The notes under the pieces are model-generated. The model ran no database searches, had not been told where the DNA came from, and saw only the letters and a list, made by a program, of their open reading frames with translations. Of a stretch of 64,000 nt of DNA, positions 49,080 to 58,552 are shown piece after piece. The stretch comes from an uncultured Chloroflexia bacterium (GTDB taxonomy: Bacteria; Chloroflexota; Anaerolineae; Anaerolineales; UBA4823): positions 215,861 through 279,860 of the forward strand of contig CAVZGO010000007.1 in assembly GCA_963774935.1 (NCBI GenBank). Direction: 5' to 3'. The position numbers were made by a program, and so were the translations under genes. Position 1 is the stretch's first letter; every line of letters starts with the position of its first letter.

Positions 49080-49739
49080 ATGGCTTCCAAAGTTTATGAT
49101 TGGCTTAATGAACGGCTTGGCCTGGATACAATTTATTCAACAGTATTAGATCGGAAAGTACCCAAGGTGAACTGGTGGTTCACATTGGGAAGCGCCAGCT
49201 TGTTCCTGTTCACTTTGCAAGCTGTAACTGGTATTTTTCTGACTATATATTATGTTCCCTCTCCCGATCACGCGTATGACAGCATACAGTTTATTATGAC
49301 CGGTGTACCCTTTGGGTGGTTGATACGCGGCATCCATCACTGGGGCGCTACTTTGATGGTTATAACGGTATTCGTCCATATGCTGCGGACATTTTACCTG
49401 GCTGCATACAAATACCCTCGAGAGCTGACATGGCTGACAGGTGTGGTTTTGCTGTTTTCTACGCTAGGAATGGGTTTCACGGGCTACTTACTACCCTGGA
49501 ACCAGCGTGCATATTGGGCTACCACTGTTGGAACACAAATTCCTGGCACAGTCCCCTTTATTGGCGAATGGATCACCCGTATTCTGCGTGGCGGCACAGA
49601 TCTGACCGCGGTCACCCTGGCGCGCTTCTTTTCTGTGCATATCTGGGTATTGCCTGCCCTTATCACACTGATGATTGGCATTCACATGTACCTCGTTATT
49701 CGACTGGGTATCGCCGGATCTCCCAAGAAGACAGATTAG
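49080..49739 (+). CDS. qcrB: cytochrome b (b6-like, N-terminal four-helix part)
   Basis: Heme-ligand histidines lie in GIHHWGATLMVITVFVHMLR and FFSVHIWVLP. ATG 49080 was chosen, but GTG 49074 is also possible. Confidence 0.9.
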   Translation: MASKVYDWLNERLGLDTIYSTVLDRKVPKVNWWFTLGSASLFLFTLQAVTGIFLTIYYVPSPDHAYDSIQFIMTGVPFGWLIRGIHHWGATLMVITVFVHMLRTFYLAAYKYPRELTWLTGVVLLFSTLGMGFTGYLLPWNQRAYWATTVGTQIPGTVPFIGEWITRILRGGTDLTAVTLARFFSVHIWVLPALITLMIGIHMYLVIRLGIAGSPKKTD

Positions 49740-49755
49740 GGCGGAGGAGCATAAG

Positions 49756-51009
49756 GTGGACGAACAACAAAAAAAAGAGTACAAAGAAAAATATGCTCTG
49801 GCAAAGGCCAAGGGGATAAAATTTTATCCTGATGTTGTTTATAAGGATATTCTGATCTCGTTCGCTTTCTTCCTGCTCTTGATGGGCCTGGCAATTTTTG
49901 TCGGCGTTGCTAATGAACCAAAGGCGGACCCAAACGATACCGCCTATATCCCGCGGCCTGAATGGTATTTCCTGTTTCTTTTCCAGATGCTCAAATACTT
50001 CCCCGGCCAAATCGAGTGGGTTGGCACAGCCGTCATCCCCGGTCTGGCTGTACTGGCTTTGGTCCTGCTGCCTTTTCTGGATCGAAATCCGCACCGTCAC
50101 TTTAGCAAGCGTAAAGTTGCCATCTCAATTATGACGGTGGTTGTGGTTGGGATGGTAGCGCTGACGATGGTTGCCTTTATCACTACGCCACCCCAGGAAG
50201 AAACAGGTACCCTGGCAAGCACACTTGGCGAAAAAATCCTTATAGGACAGGATTTATATTCAGTGAACTGTACCGAGTGCCACGGTCCTGATGGCGAAGG
50301 TGGAGAAATCAAGGGCGTTGAAGGGCTAGAGGGTGTCGTGGTTAAGCCACTCAACAGCCAGGATGAGATGTACACCCGTTCCGACACCACGCTCACTAAT
50401 ATTATCGCTTATGGGCAGCCTTCGCTGGGCATGCCTCCATTCAGTAAGGCATACGGAGGAGAACTAGGTCCAGGTGAAATAGAAGCGATCGTGACCTTCA
50501 TGCGCTACACATGGGATGATCGCTCAGAAATTCCCGAAGAAGTCACCCAGGCTTCGGCGCTGCCGGCTCTTGGACCGGATGAAATTCCCTCCTATGAAGT
50601 TCACATTGCGCCGCTCGTCAAACGTTATTGCCTTTCCTGTCACCGACCTGGCAAGAAAAACAATAACTATCACATGGCAACCTACGAAGAGATCATGACC
50701 AGTGGTGACAATGCCCCTGATAATGTTATTCCCGGTGATATAAACAGCATCATAATCCGGGTACTCAACCGTGAGGATTTGAAGGACTTGACCTATCCAG
50801 TGGGACCGATGCCCCCAACCAAAGCCCTACCCCCGGAAGTGTTAGACATCTTCACTCGATGGGTCGCGGGTGGTGCGCCCAATACCGCAGCAGACGCGGC
50901 AAACCTTACACCCGCTGCGAGCCCACCAGCTACGGTCACAGCTCCCACCCCGTCAGTTAGCCCAGCAGCAACAACTGTTGCCCCTGTTAAGCCTACAACT
51001 ACTCCTTAA
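49756..51009 (+). CDS. qcrC: cytochrome bc subunit IV-like membrane domain fused to a di-heme cytochrome c
   Basis: GTG 49756 lies after a GGAGG SD and the qcrB stop. PEWYFLFLFQ is the PetD/cyt b C-terminal motif. Two CxxCH sites are present (CTECH, CLSCH), followed by a PT/A-rich C-terminal tail. Confidence 0.85.
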   Translation: MDEQQKKEYKEKYALAKAKGIKFYPDVVYKDILISFAFFLLLMGLAIFVGVANEPKADPNDTAYIPRPEWYFLFLFQMLKYFPGQIEWVGTAVIPGLAVLALVLLPFLDRNPHRHFSKRKVAISIMTVVVVGMVALTMVAFITTPPQEETGTLASTLGEKILIGQDLYSVNCTECHGPDGEGGEIKGVEGLEGVVVKPLNSQDEMYTRSDTTLTNIIAYGQPSLGMPPFSKAYGGELGPGEIEAIVTFMRYTWDDRSEIPEEVTQASALPALGPDEIPSYEVHIAPLVKRYCLSCHRPGKKNNNYHMATYEEIMTSGDNAPDNVIPGDINSIIIRVLNREDLKDLTYPVGPMPPTKALPPEVLDIFTRWVAGGAPNTAADAANLTPAASPPATVTAPTPSVSPAATTVAPVKPTTTP

Positions 51010-51035
51010 GTAAGTATTTGAGGATAGTTAATTAA

Positions 51036-51077
51036 AGAACACGAGTGGGTTGTTGTGCAACAACCCACTCGTGTTCT
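51036..51077. terminator. bidirectional terminator between qcrC and icd
   Basis: Near-perfect palindrome of about 19-20 bp, AGAACACGAGTGGGTTGTTG / CAACAACCCACTCGTGTTCT, with A/T-rich flanks between convergent stops. Confidence 0.8.
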
Positions 51078-51095
51078 ATTAACCATTTCTGCAAA

Positions 51096-52400
51096 TTAAC
51101 TGCTCATGTGTTGGATGATCGCATCACCAAATTCTGAGCACTTTAAAAGCACCGCCCCATCCATCAGCCGGTGGAAATCGTAGGTCACAGTTTTGGCTCC
51201 AATTGCGCCTTCCATGCCGGCAATGATCAGGTCAGCCGCTTCGCGCCAACCCAGGTAGCGAAACATCATCACTCCCGAGAGAATTATCGATCCGGGGTTG
51301 ACCATGTCTTTGTCTGCATATTTAGACGCTGTACCATGTGTTGCCCCAAAAATGGCATGACCTGTTGTGTAATTGATATTTCCACCAGGGGCAATACCAA
51401 GACCTCCCACCTGGGCAGCCAGTGCACCAGAGAGGAAATCACCGTTCAGATTCATTGTAGCCAATACGTCAAACTCTTTCGCCCGCGTAATCGTCTGCTG
51501 GAAAACAATATCCGCGATCACATCTTTGATCAGCAGTTTACCAGCTTTTAAGGCAGCGTCCTGCTCTGCATTGGCTGCTTCCTCGCCATCGGTATAGCGG
51601 GTCCGCTCCCATTGTGTCCAGGTGTAGGTTTCCTCTCCAAACTCTGTTTCTGCAACTTCATACCCCCAGTTTCGAAATGCGCCTTCTGTATACTTCATGA
51701 TGTTGCCCTTGTGCACAAGGGTAACGCTCCGCCGCTTATTTTGGAGCGCCCAACGGATTGCCGCACGTACCAGTCGTTCTGTACCTTCTTTAGAAACTGG
51801 CTTTACACCGATCCCAGCTGTATCGGGGAAACGGATTTTGGCATACTCTTTTGGAAAGTTTTCTTTAAGCAAATCCTTAATCCGCTGGTTTCCCTCTGTT
51901 CCTAATTTAAATTCAATGCCCGTATAGATATCTTCGGTATTTTCACGGAAAACAACCATGTCCACATATTCCGGGTGTTTAACCGGTGAAGGCACTCCCT
52001 GAAAGTAACACACTGGTCGCTGGCAGACGTAGAGATCCAGCACTTTGCGAAGCGTTTCATTGAGTGTGGGAATTCCTCCCCCGATTGGTGTTGTCAGCGG
52101 GCAATTTATCCCCACCAGGTATTCTTGGAATGCCTGCACCGTCTCATCGGGAAGCCAGGAGTTGAACGTGCTGTAGGCTTTTTCGCCCGCATAGACTTCC
52201 ATCCAATGTACTTTCCGGCTGCCTTGATACGCCTTTTGAACTGCAGCATCAAACACCCGCACAGATGCACGCCAGATATCTCGACCGGTACCATCCCCTT
52301 CAACAAATGGCAATATTGGATTATCCGGGACTTGCAATTTACCATCCTGGATCGTTATTTTCTCTCCGCCTGCAGGTACTGAGATCGGCTTGAAAGGCAT
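51096..52400 (-). CDS. icd: NADP-dependent isocitrate dehydrogenase
   Basis: 434 aa. Motifs [23 protein letters not shown] and [26 protein letters not shown]. Confidence 0.93.
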   Translation of the reverse strand: MPFKPISVPAGGEKITIQDGKLQVPDNPILPFVEGDGTGRDIWRASVRVFDAAVQKAYQGSRKVHWMEVYAGEKAYSTFNSWLPDETVQAFQEYLVGINCPLTTPIGGGIPTLNETLRKVLDLYVCQRPVCYFQGVPSPVKHPEYVDMVVFRENTEDIYTGIEFKLGTEGNQRIKDLLKENFPKEYAKIRFPDTAGIGVKPVSKEGTERLVRAAIRWALQNKRRSVTLVHKGNIMKYTEGAFRNWGYEVAETEFGEETYTWTQWERTRYTDGEEAANAEQDAALKAGKLLIKDVIADIVFQQTITRAKEFDVLATMNLNGDFLSGALAAQVGGLGIAPGGNINYTTGHAIFGATHGTASKYADKDMVNPGSIILSGVMMFRYLGWREAADLIIAGMEGAIGAKTVTYDFHRLMDGAVLLKCSEFGDAIIQHMSS

Positions 52401-52593
52401 CGTACGCTCTCCTGTTGCTTTAGTTCATTATGATTCTAGTTATAGATGACACTTAACTCAATTTTAATGCAATCGGCCTAAAAAGGAATACTCGAAAAAT
52501 CTAAACTGGCTTTTATTCATCAAATGAAATCTTTCTGCTCCCTGTAAATAGCTATAGTTCTGCAATCATTAATCTTTAGTAAAAAATGACATC

Positions 52594-52622
52594 TTGCCTA
52601 TCGTTCAGGTTTATACTATACT
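52594..52622 (+). promoter_or_regulatory. candidate promoter of the corA leader transcript
   Basis: TTGCCT (52594-52599), a 17-nt spacer and TATACT (52617-52622). The predicted TSS is near 52629, which is 353 nt upstream of the corA ATG. Confidence 0.45.
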
Positions 52623-52799
52623 ACTCTCGATTGGATGAATGAAATGGTGGAACTGTCGATTAATCTGAAACCATCTAAACAGCTTGCTGCGCTGCATATG
52701 CCGGCGAAGCGGCTTACCCCGACATTCTGATGCGCCTAAACGCACGTTTCATATGGAGGGCCTGGCTTAAGGACCAGCTGGTAAGGTTTGGATAGCTGG

Positions 52800-52862
52800 C
52801 TTCCCGAAGGCCCGCCTGCTGATTAAGAGCAGCGTGTTCGGGAAGTTTTATTTAACATGTTC
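52800..52862 (+). terminator. intrinsic terminator-like hairpin inside the corA 5' leader (attenuator candidate)
   Basis: CTTCCCGAA (52800-52808) pairs with TTCGGGAAG (52847-52855). An inner helix CTGCT/AGCAG is present. TTTTATTT follows directly. The element lies 120 nt upstream of the corA start. Confidence 0.65.
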
Positions 52863-52981
52863 AAGGAAAAAAGGATGGATGATCACCTACAGGATAATGA
52901 TGGCGACCCTCTGAGTCGCCCTAAGAAACCGCCCTGACATCGATCTACAGCGGGTAGTTGCCCGCAGCAAAGGAGCGACCA

Positions 52982-53913
52982 ATGATCACGATTTACAAAA
53001 GCAGCGAGACCGGTTTGATCACGCTCGATCAACACACCAGCGGAAGCTGGATTAATGTTGTTAATCCGACTGCTCAAGAACTCGATGAATTGCAGCAGTT
53101 GGGTATTCCCCTGGATTACCTGACATATCCACTAGACCTTGACGAACGAGCCCGCACCGAACGAGAGAATGGTGAGGTGCTGATCGTTTTACGTATCCCC
53201 TACTACCAGGGCCAATCGGTTGATATTCCATACACCACACTGCCTCTCGGTATTGTCCTTGCAGAGGATTATGTGCTCACGATCAGCCGTTTTGAGAATG
53301 AAATTACCAGTGAAATGATCGCCGGTCGGCTGCGTAATTTACTGACTCACAAACGCAATCGCTTTGTATTGCGCATCTTATTGGCTACAGCACCAAAGTA
53401 TCTGGCTGTACCTGCGTGAAATAACAAAAGCGGTTGATATTTTGGAAGACCAGCTCCAAAAGTCTACTCGCAATAAAGAAGTTTTGGAACTTATTAAAAT
53501 ATCAAAAAAGCCTGACCCATTTTTCAACCGCCCTCAAATCTAACGAGCTGATGATGGAACGCTTGCAGCGCAGCCGGATTTTCCAGACTTATCCGGATGA
53601 TGAGGATTTGCTCGAAGATGTACTCACCGAAAACCAGCAAGCAATCGAAATGAATAGTATTACCAGCAATATTTTGAGCAGCATGATGGATGCATTCGCT
53701 TCAATTATCTCGAACAATCTGAATGGGGTGATGAAATTTCTGGCTTCAATCACTATCCTGCTCAGCCTTCCAAGCCTACTCGCCAGTTTTTTTGGGATGA
53801 ATGTTCATCTGCCGTTCGAAAACACACCTCAGGCTTTCTTATTGATCATCCTGATTTGCGTTCTCATCGGCGCGATTGCGGCATACATCTTCTGGAAGCG
53901 CGATTGGTTCTAA
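52982..53913 (+). pseudogene. corA: CorA-family Mg2+/Co2+ transporter, frame broken twice (about 53404-53408 and A4 run 53497-53500)
   Basis: AAGGAG SD precedes ATG 52982. The GMN motif (FFGMNVHLPF) and two C-terminal TM segments are in ORF 53434..53913. The middle segment YLREITKAVDILEDQLQKSTRNKEVLEL is only readable in the third frame. Removing one base at each site restores KYLAYLREI... and ...LELIKYQKSL. Confidence 0.85.
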
Positions 53914-53922
53914 GGATTTGCA

Positions 53923-55827
53923 TCAAGCAAAAATTACATATTGCAGTAAGAATTCTTCAACAGCCTTATAAAAGTGCTCGAGTGTGTCTGTTTTACGAAA
54001 ACCATGCCCTTCTCCGGGATAAACATGGTAGATATGCGGCACACCGCGCCTACGCAAGCTGGCAGCCAGCGCCTCGGACTGCGCCGCGGGCACGACCCTA
54101 TCGTCCTGTCCCTGGAAAACGGCCAATGGATCCTGGATCCGCTCCACGTGGAAAATTGGCGATCGTTCTCGATAGAGCTCAGCCGCCTCAGGCAGTGGTC
54201 CTATGAGTGAAGTCCAGGTAATGCGCCTCAAACTTATGCGTGTCTGCTGCCAGAGAAAATAGATCCGAAACCGCGTAAAGGCAAATCCCGGCTTTAAAAT
54301 CCCCTGGATAGTCTTCCAAGATTTTCAGGACCGAAAGGCCTCCCGCACTGCCTCCCATAATCACCATCCTGCTGCTATCGGCCCAGCCTTGATCGGTGAC
54401 AAACCGTGCTCCACTGACCGTGTCCTGCACATCGTAAACACCCCACATCCCGCGCAGCTTCTCTCGATAGGCTCTGCCATAGCCGCTACTGCCGCGATAA
54501 TTTACATCCAAGACTGCGTAGCCCCGGCTGGTGAAGAATTGCACCTGGAGATCAAAGCTGCAATGGCTCTGCCCAGTCGGTCCACCATGAACCATAACGA
54601 TTAATGGCGGTTTCCCGACACCTTCATAACGGTCGCTTACTGGCGGATAGAACAACCCATAAACCATCTCCCCATCCATTCCTGACCAGCTCACATCCTG
54701 TGGAATGGAAAATATTCTCTGCAGGCAGCTCTTCGGACCTCGATCTGCGTAAGATGCGCACTTGCTCCTTTACCCCGGAATCGTTATCAGGTAAAAGGAT
54801 AACTTGTGGCCCCACCGCTGGACCGGAGGCCAGCATAGCAATTCCCAGCGAAGTAACACACAACTGTTCGAGATGAGTATAAATTGCTGGCACAGGCAAC
54901 TGTTGTTCATCTCCGTTGATAAGATCTACTTTCCAGAGGCTGGTCCTTCCTAGCTGGTTACGCAGGAAGTAGATCACCTGGCTATCCAACGAAAAAGCAT
55001 AGGTGCGCATCCCTTGCACCCAGGCAGGTAGCCCGTGCTCAGCAGGTGTATGAGTGATCTGGCGCTGCTCACCCGATACCAGGTTGTAGAGATAAATCTG
55101 CCACCAACCAGTATCATCCGATACATAGGCTAACCACTCACCATCCGGTGAGAATTGCGGTTGAAAGATTGATATTTGCTCACCCCCAGCCACTCTGAAA
55201 GGTGTACCACTTATTGCCGGTGGCTCGGATGAGTTCAGTTCAGCCAGATATAAACTGGTGCCATCCCAGGGCATGTTGGGATGGTTCCAGGCAATCCAGG
55301 CTACTTTCTCCCCTGATGGATGCCAGGCTGGCTGCATATAAAAGTCTGCACCCCAGGTCAATTTTTGAGGCCATTGAATCCCCCGAGCATCAACCAATGA
55401 AAGGCTGTCCTGACCTTCGTCACTGTGGACATACATCAACCAACGTCCATCGGGTGATAGACAGGGCGAAGCGGCTTTACCAAATGCAGGCGTCACGGCG
55501 TGAGCTGAGCCACTCAGCAATGACTGCCTGTAAAGCCTGCCCGAATTCGCGCTCGGCAAAATATACTTGACCTTTTCTTGCTGTAAATTCGCCCCCACCA
55601 TAACCAACACCGCCTCTTACCGAGAACTGGCTGGTCAAATCGAAAGGCGCTTGTCCATCTAGCCTGTCCACCACCAACACCCCTCGATCAGATCTCCCTT
55701 CAAGCCAGACAAGCGCCTGTCCCATATCACAGTCCAACCCGGATAAAGAAATCCCACTCGCCATACTGGATGCACTGATAGGGCTATCCCACCGCCCATA
55801 CTGTCGGATGATTTTTTCTTGCGTCAT
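53923..55827 (-). pseudogene. S9-family serine peptidase (prolyl oligopeptidase/dipeptidyl aminopeptidase-like, N-terminal beta-propeller), split into four ORFs by three frame breaks
   Basis: The ORFs 55477..55827, 54624..55610, 54188..54694 and 53923..54231 read through as one protein. The catalytic triad elements are GGSAGG, DDRVV and GEGHGF. The junctions are YFAE|ANSGRLY (about 55546-55554), AENI|SIPQDVSW (A4/T4 run 54709-54712) and HYLD|SLIGPLPE (54210-54211). Confidence 0.85.
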
Positions 55828-56480
55828 AGGTCTGCCTCATTTTTCTCAAAATTAAAACTAATCCGGTGTACCATCGACCGACCAAGCCTGATAATTGCCT
55901 GCCTGTGCATCAACGTCCCATATCCTTTATGTAACGCAAAACCATAGCCAGGAAACAGGCGATCGAGATCGCACATATGAGCATCCCGGGCGGTTTTTGC
56001 CAGTATGGAGGCTGCGGCGATACTCAGCGAGCGCGCATCGCCCTTGACCAGCGCTGTGTAAGGAATCTGGCTGTCGGGTAATTTCAGATAATCTACCAAT
56101 AGATGCTGGATGGGCAGCTTGATCTGCTCCAGTGCCCGCTGGATCGCCAATCGCGTCGCTGGTACTATGCCTAGCTGATCAATCTCACCATTGGTCGCGA
56201 ATCCAACTGCGCTGTCCAGGGCAAGGTTATTAAGCCTTGCTGCCCAGTGTTGGCGCGCTAATGGCGTCATCTGTTTCGAATCCCGAACGCCATCGAGCCG
56301 AGAAGCTAAATCTGGCTGTGGTGGAAAGATCAACACGCCAGCAGCTACTGGACCTGCAAGTGCACCCCGACCAGCCTCGTCAATCCCTGCGACAAGTCGG
56401 TATCCACGTTCCCATAATTCCGATTCAAAAGAAAAATCTGGCTGTGGAGGAATGTTTTCAACTGGGAACCTGGCAGGCAT
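55824..56480 (-). CDS. rnhB: ribonuclease HII
   Basis: GIDEAGRGALAGPV catalytic motif and DSKQ. 218 aa. Confidence 0.92.
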   Translation of the reverse strand: MPARFPVENIPPQPDFSFESELWERGYRLVAGIDEAGRGALAGPVAAGVLIFPPQPDLASRLDGVRDSKQMTPLARQHWAARLNNLALDSAVGFATNGEIDQLGIVPATRLAIQRALEQIKLPIQHLLVDYLKLPDSQIPYTALVKGDARSLSIAAASILAKTARDAHMCDLDRLFPGYGFALHKGYGTLMHRQAIIRLGRSMVHRISFNFEKNEADL

Positions 56481-56483
56481 TGC

Positions 56484-57206
56484 TCAATCATACCTCCCCA
56501 GGCGAGCGTTTTTCCGGATTGCCAGCACATCGCGAAACATGCGCAATGCATCTCGCACCGCTGATACCTTGCTCTCGGGGCTAAAGTACCAGGGTATCGG
56601 CACCTCAACAATACGGTATCCGCGTAAACGAGCGATATAAAGTATTTCAATATCAAAAGACAAGCCAGGCATTGTCTGATGACTAAATAAATCTTTTGCC
56701 GCATCAGCCTTAAAACACTTAAAACCACATTGTGTGTCTTGCAAACCCGGTAACGCCATCCACCGGATCATGGTATTAATCAACCTTCCCCCAATGTGCC
56801 TGTATGCAGGCTCATCATAACGCACCGAGCCAGGCGCCTCTCGGGAGGCGATCGCCACATCTGCCTTTCCGAGTTCAGGGGGTAGAAATCGGCTTATTTC
56901 GCGGATGGGCATGGATAAATCGGCATCGCACATGAAGCGGTGCTCACCTTGCGCCGCCAACATTCCCTTCTGAACAGCCAGTCCCTTACCACGCTCAGGA
57001 TGACTGATCGCTTTGAAACCGGGATGAGCCTCCGCAAAAACTTGCGCTACTTCCAGGGTGCGATCGTTGCTGCCATTTTCAATCACCAATACCTCAGCCG
57101 TGTAATCCTGTGAGGCAAGGAAATCGGCTATCTGCTGCAGGGTCGCAGGCAGGCGATTTTCTTCATTGTAAGCTGGGATAATGACCGAAAGATAGATCTC
57201 TGACAC
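56484..57206 (-). CDS. family-2 glycosyltransferase (polyprenol-phosphate mannosyl/glucosyltransferase-like)
   Basis: VIIPAYNEE, a DxD-like CDADLS, and a DPM1/GtrB-like length and pattern. Confidence 0.8.
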   Translation of the reverse strand: MSEIYLSVIIPAYNEENRLPATLQQIADFLASQDYTAEVLVIENGSNDRTLEVAQVFAEAHPGFKAISHPERGKGLAVQKGMLAAQGEHRFMCDADLSMPIREISRFLPPELGKADVAIASREAPGSVRYDEPAYRHIGGRLINTMIRWMALPGLQDTQCGFKCFKADAAKDLFSHQTMPGLSFDIEILYIARLRGYRIVEVPIPWYFSPESKVSAVRDALRMFRDVLAIRKNARLGRYD

Positions 57207-57224
57207 TGATGCATTCCCAAATAA

Positions 57225-58037
57225 TCAATTAATCAGATAAGCCTCGAGCAAGGACAGATGACTTATTAAGACCTGCTCCCGATAATCATCTAAATTCCGA
57301 CGAGGAACGATTGAAAAAACCTCTTGCTCCAGGCGCGCTTCGGAATTTAGCAATGCATAGTACTTTTCAGCCGGCACTCCCTGGCGCGCGGCAAATACCT
57401 CCACAGTCTGAATCTCACAGTCCTCACATAATTGCGACGCCAGAAAGTCACGCCATTGTATCAGGTAACCATCTGCAACAAAAGGCAACCATTCGCGGGG
57501 TTGCACATTCGATAATACGAAGGCGAGGTCTGCTGGCAAATCTGCTAATAAGAGGAAATCCAGATATGCACGCAGCACGTTGTGTAAATAAGACCGGTGT
57601 CGAGGGCCCATCCAAAGCGGACCCGAAAGGAATATTGGTGCATAAATCTTGCAGATCCACTCCCAATCTGCCTGTAAATGGCACAAATATCCAGCGATAA
57701 ACATTCGCTGAGCAGCAGGTAGATTGGGTGACCGAGCTAATGCCGGATATAACTGCCACATACATTCCCAGGCTGGTATAGTATCTGGCAAAATTGGTAC
57801 ATCGAAGAAGTGGGTTGTCTTGCGTGGCTGTCCGGAGATTGTTTGAACATCCGGAGCAGTATTTCCCAGCAAAAATGCCGGTCGATTTTCTTCAAGTATA
57901 GATTGAAGCTCTGAGGAGAGTCCGGGATGAGCAAGGATATCCTCTGCCAGGCTCAAGTGATAGAAAGGGGTTGGCACGTTAGAATTATAAACCCTACCTA
58001 CCCCGAGATTGTCAGGCTGGTCAAACGACCGGTACAC
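57225..58037 (-). CDS. zinc-dependent phospholipase C-like family protein (hypothetical)
   Basis: The pattern HLSLAEDIL...GNTAPDV...THFFD resembles the PLC-like all-helical metal-binding family. The start is uncertain, with a 17-nt overlap with the upstream ORF. Confidence 0.5.
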   Translation of the reverse strand: MYRSFDQPDNLGVGRVYNSNVPTPFYHLSLAEDILAHPGLSSELQSILEENRPAFLLGNTAPDVQTISGQPRKTTHFFDVPILPDTIPAWECMWQLYPALARSPNLPAAQRMFIAGYLCHLQADWEWICKIYAPIFLSGPLWMGPRHRSYLHNVLRAYLDFLLLADLPADLAFVLSNVQPREWLPFVADGYLIQWRDFLASQLCEDCEIQTVEVFAARQGVPAEKYYALLNSEARLEQEVFSIVPRRNLDDYREQVLISHLSLLEAYLIN

Positions 58038-58332
58038 CCACTAACAGATCTCGTTCCGCCACCCGATTTCCGACCACCAGGATTTGTTTCCCGTCTTTTT
58101 CAAGAAGCTGCAATGGCTCATCGAGATCGAATGTGCTGGCCAATTGTAAAACTCGCTGACCCGAGTAATACCGTTTTCCAGTTTTCAACTGCTCGATCAA
58201 GGTCTTACGATCCAGAAGAACCAGGTCTGAATAGGTAGGACCCCGGCGCAAATAAGCCCGCACCCAGGCAATCTGACCATCAGCCTGGTAATGAACGGCT
58301 TGAATCACCCCATCAAACTTCTTTTTCGCCAT
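58021..58332 (-). CDS. hypothetical protein
   Basis: 103-aa ORF with coding-like composition, first gene after the tRNA-Pro locus. I recognise no motif. Confidence 0.45.
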   Translation of the reverse strand: MAKKKFDGVIQAVHYQADGQIAWVRAYLRRGPTYSDLVLLDRKTLIEQLKTGKRYYSGQRVLQLASTFDLDEPLQLLEKDGKQILVVGNRVAERDLLVGVPVV

Positions 58333-58412
58333 ACAACCCTTCCCATGAAGAACTCGCTATTAAGCAAGCGTGAAACGCGCAGCCTGTCCTGTTCACGTTT
58401 CACGCATCCCAG

Positions 58413-58486
58413 TCGGGGCGGGCGGACTCGAACCGCCGACCCCCGCGTCCCAAACGCGGTGCGCTACCGAACTGCGCTACACCCCG
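58413..58486 (-). tRNA. tRNA-Pro (anticodon UGG)
   Basis: Hand-folded 74 nt. Acceptor CGGGGTG/CGCCCCG, D arm GCGC-AGTTCGGTA-GCGC, anticodon arm CCGCG-TTTGGGA-CGCGG, T arm GGCGG-TTCGAGT-CCGCC, discriminator A. CCA is not encoded. Confidence 0.9.
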
Positions 58487-58494
58487 AGGGTTTG

Positions 58495-58524
58495 AGTATA
58501 ATGCGGATGAGGCATAATCGTCAA
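58495..58524 (-). promoter_or_regulatory. candidate promoter of tRNA-Pro
   Basis: On the minus strand, TTGACG (58524-58519), an 18-nt spacer and TATACT (58500-58495), which ends 8 nt before the mature 5' end. A plus-strand TATAAT (58497-58502) overlaps it and could serve the divergent methyltransferase gene. Confidence 0.45.
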
Positions 58525-58552
58525 GTAAATTACCTGATTGGAGCAGACAATA

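Noticed and set aside
52629-52800. Calling the corA leader an M-box (ykoK) riboswitch
   Set aside because: The most conserved M-box blocks (GUUAGGUGAGGCU, GCCC-AAA, GCUAAAGCUCUAC) are not present. Only a UAAGG...CAGCUGG resemblance exists. I keep it as an unassigned structured leader pending a covariance-model search.
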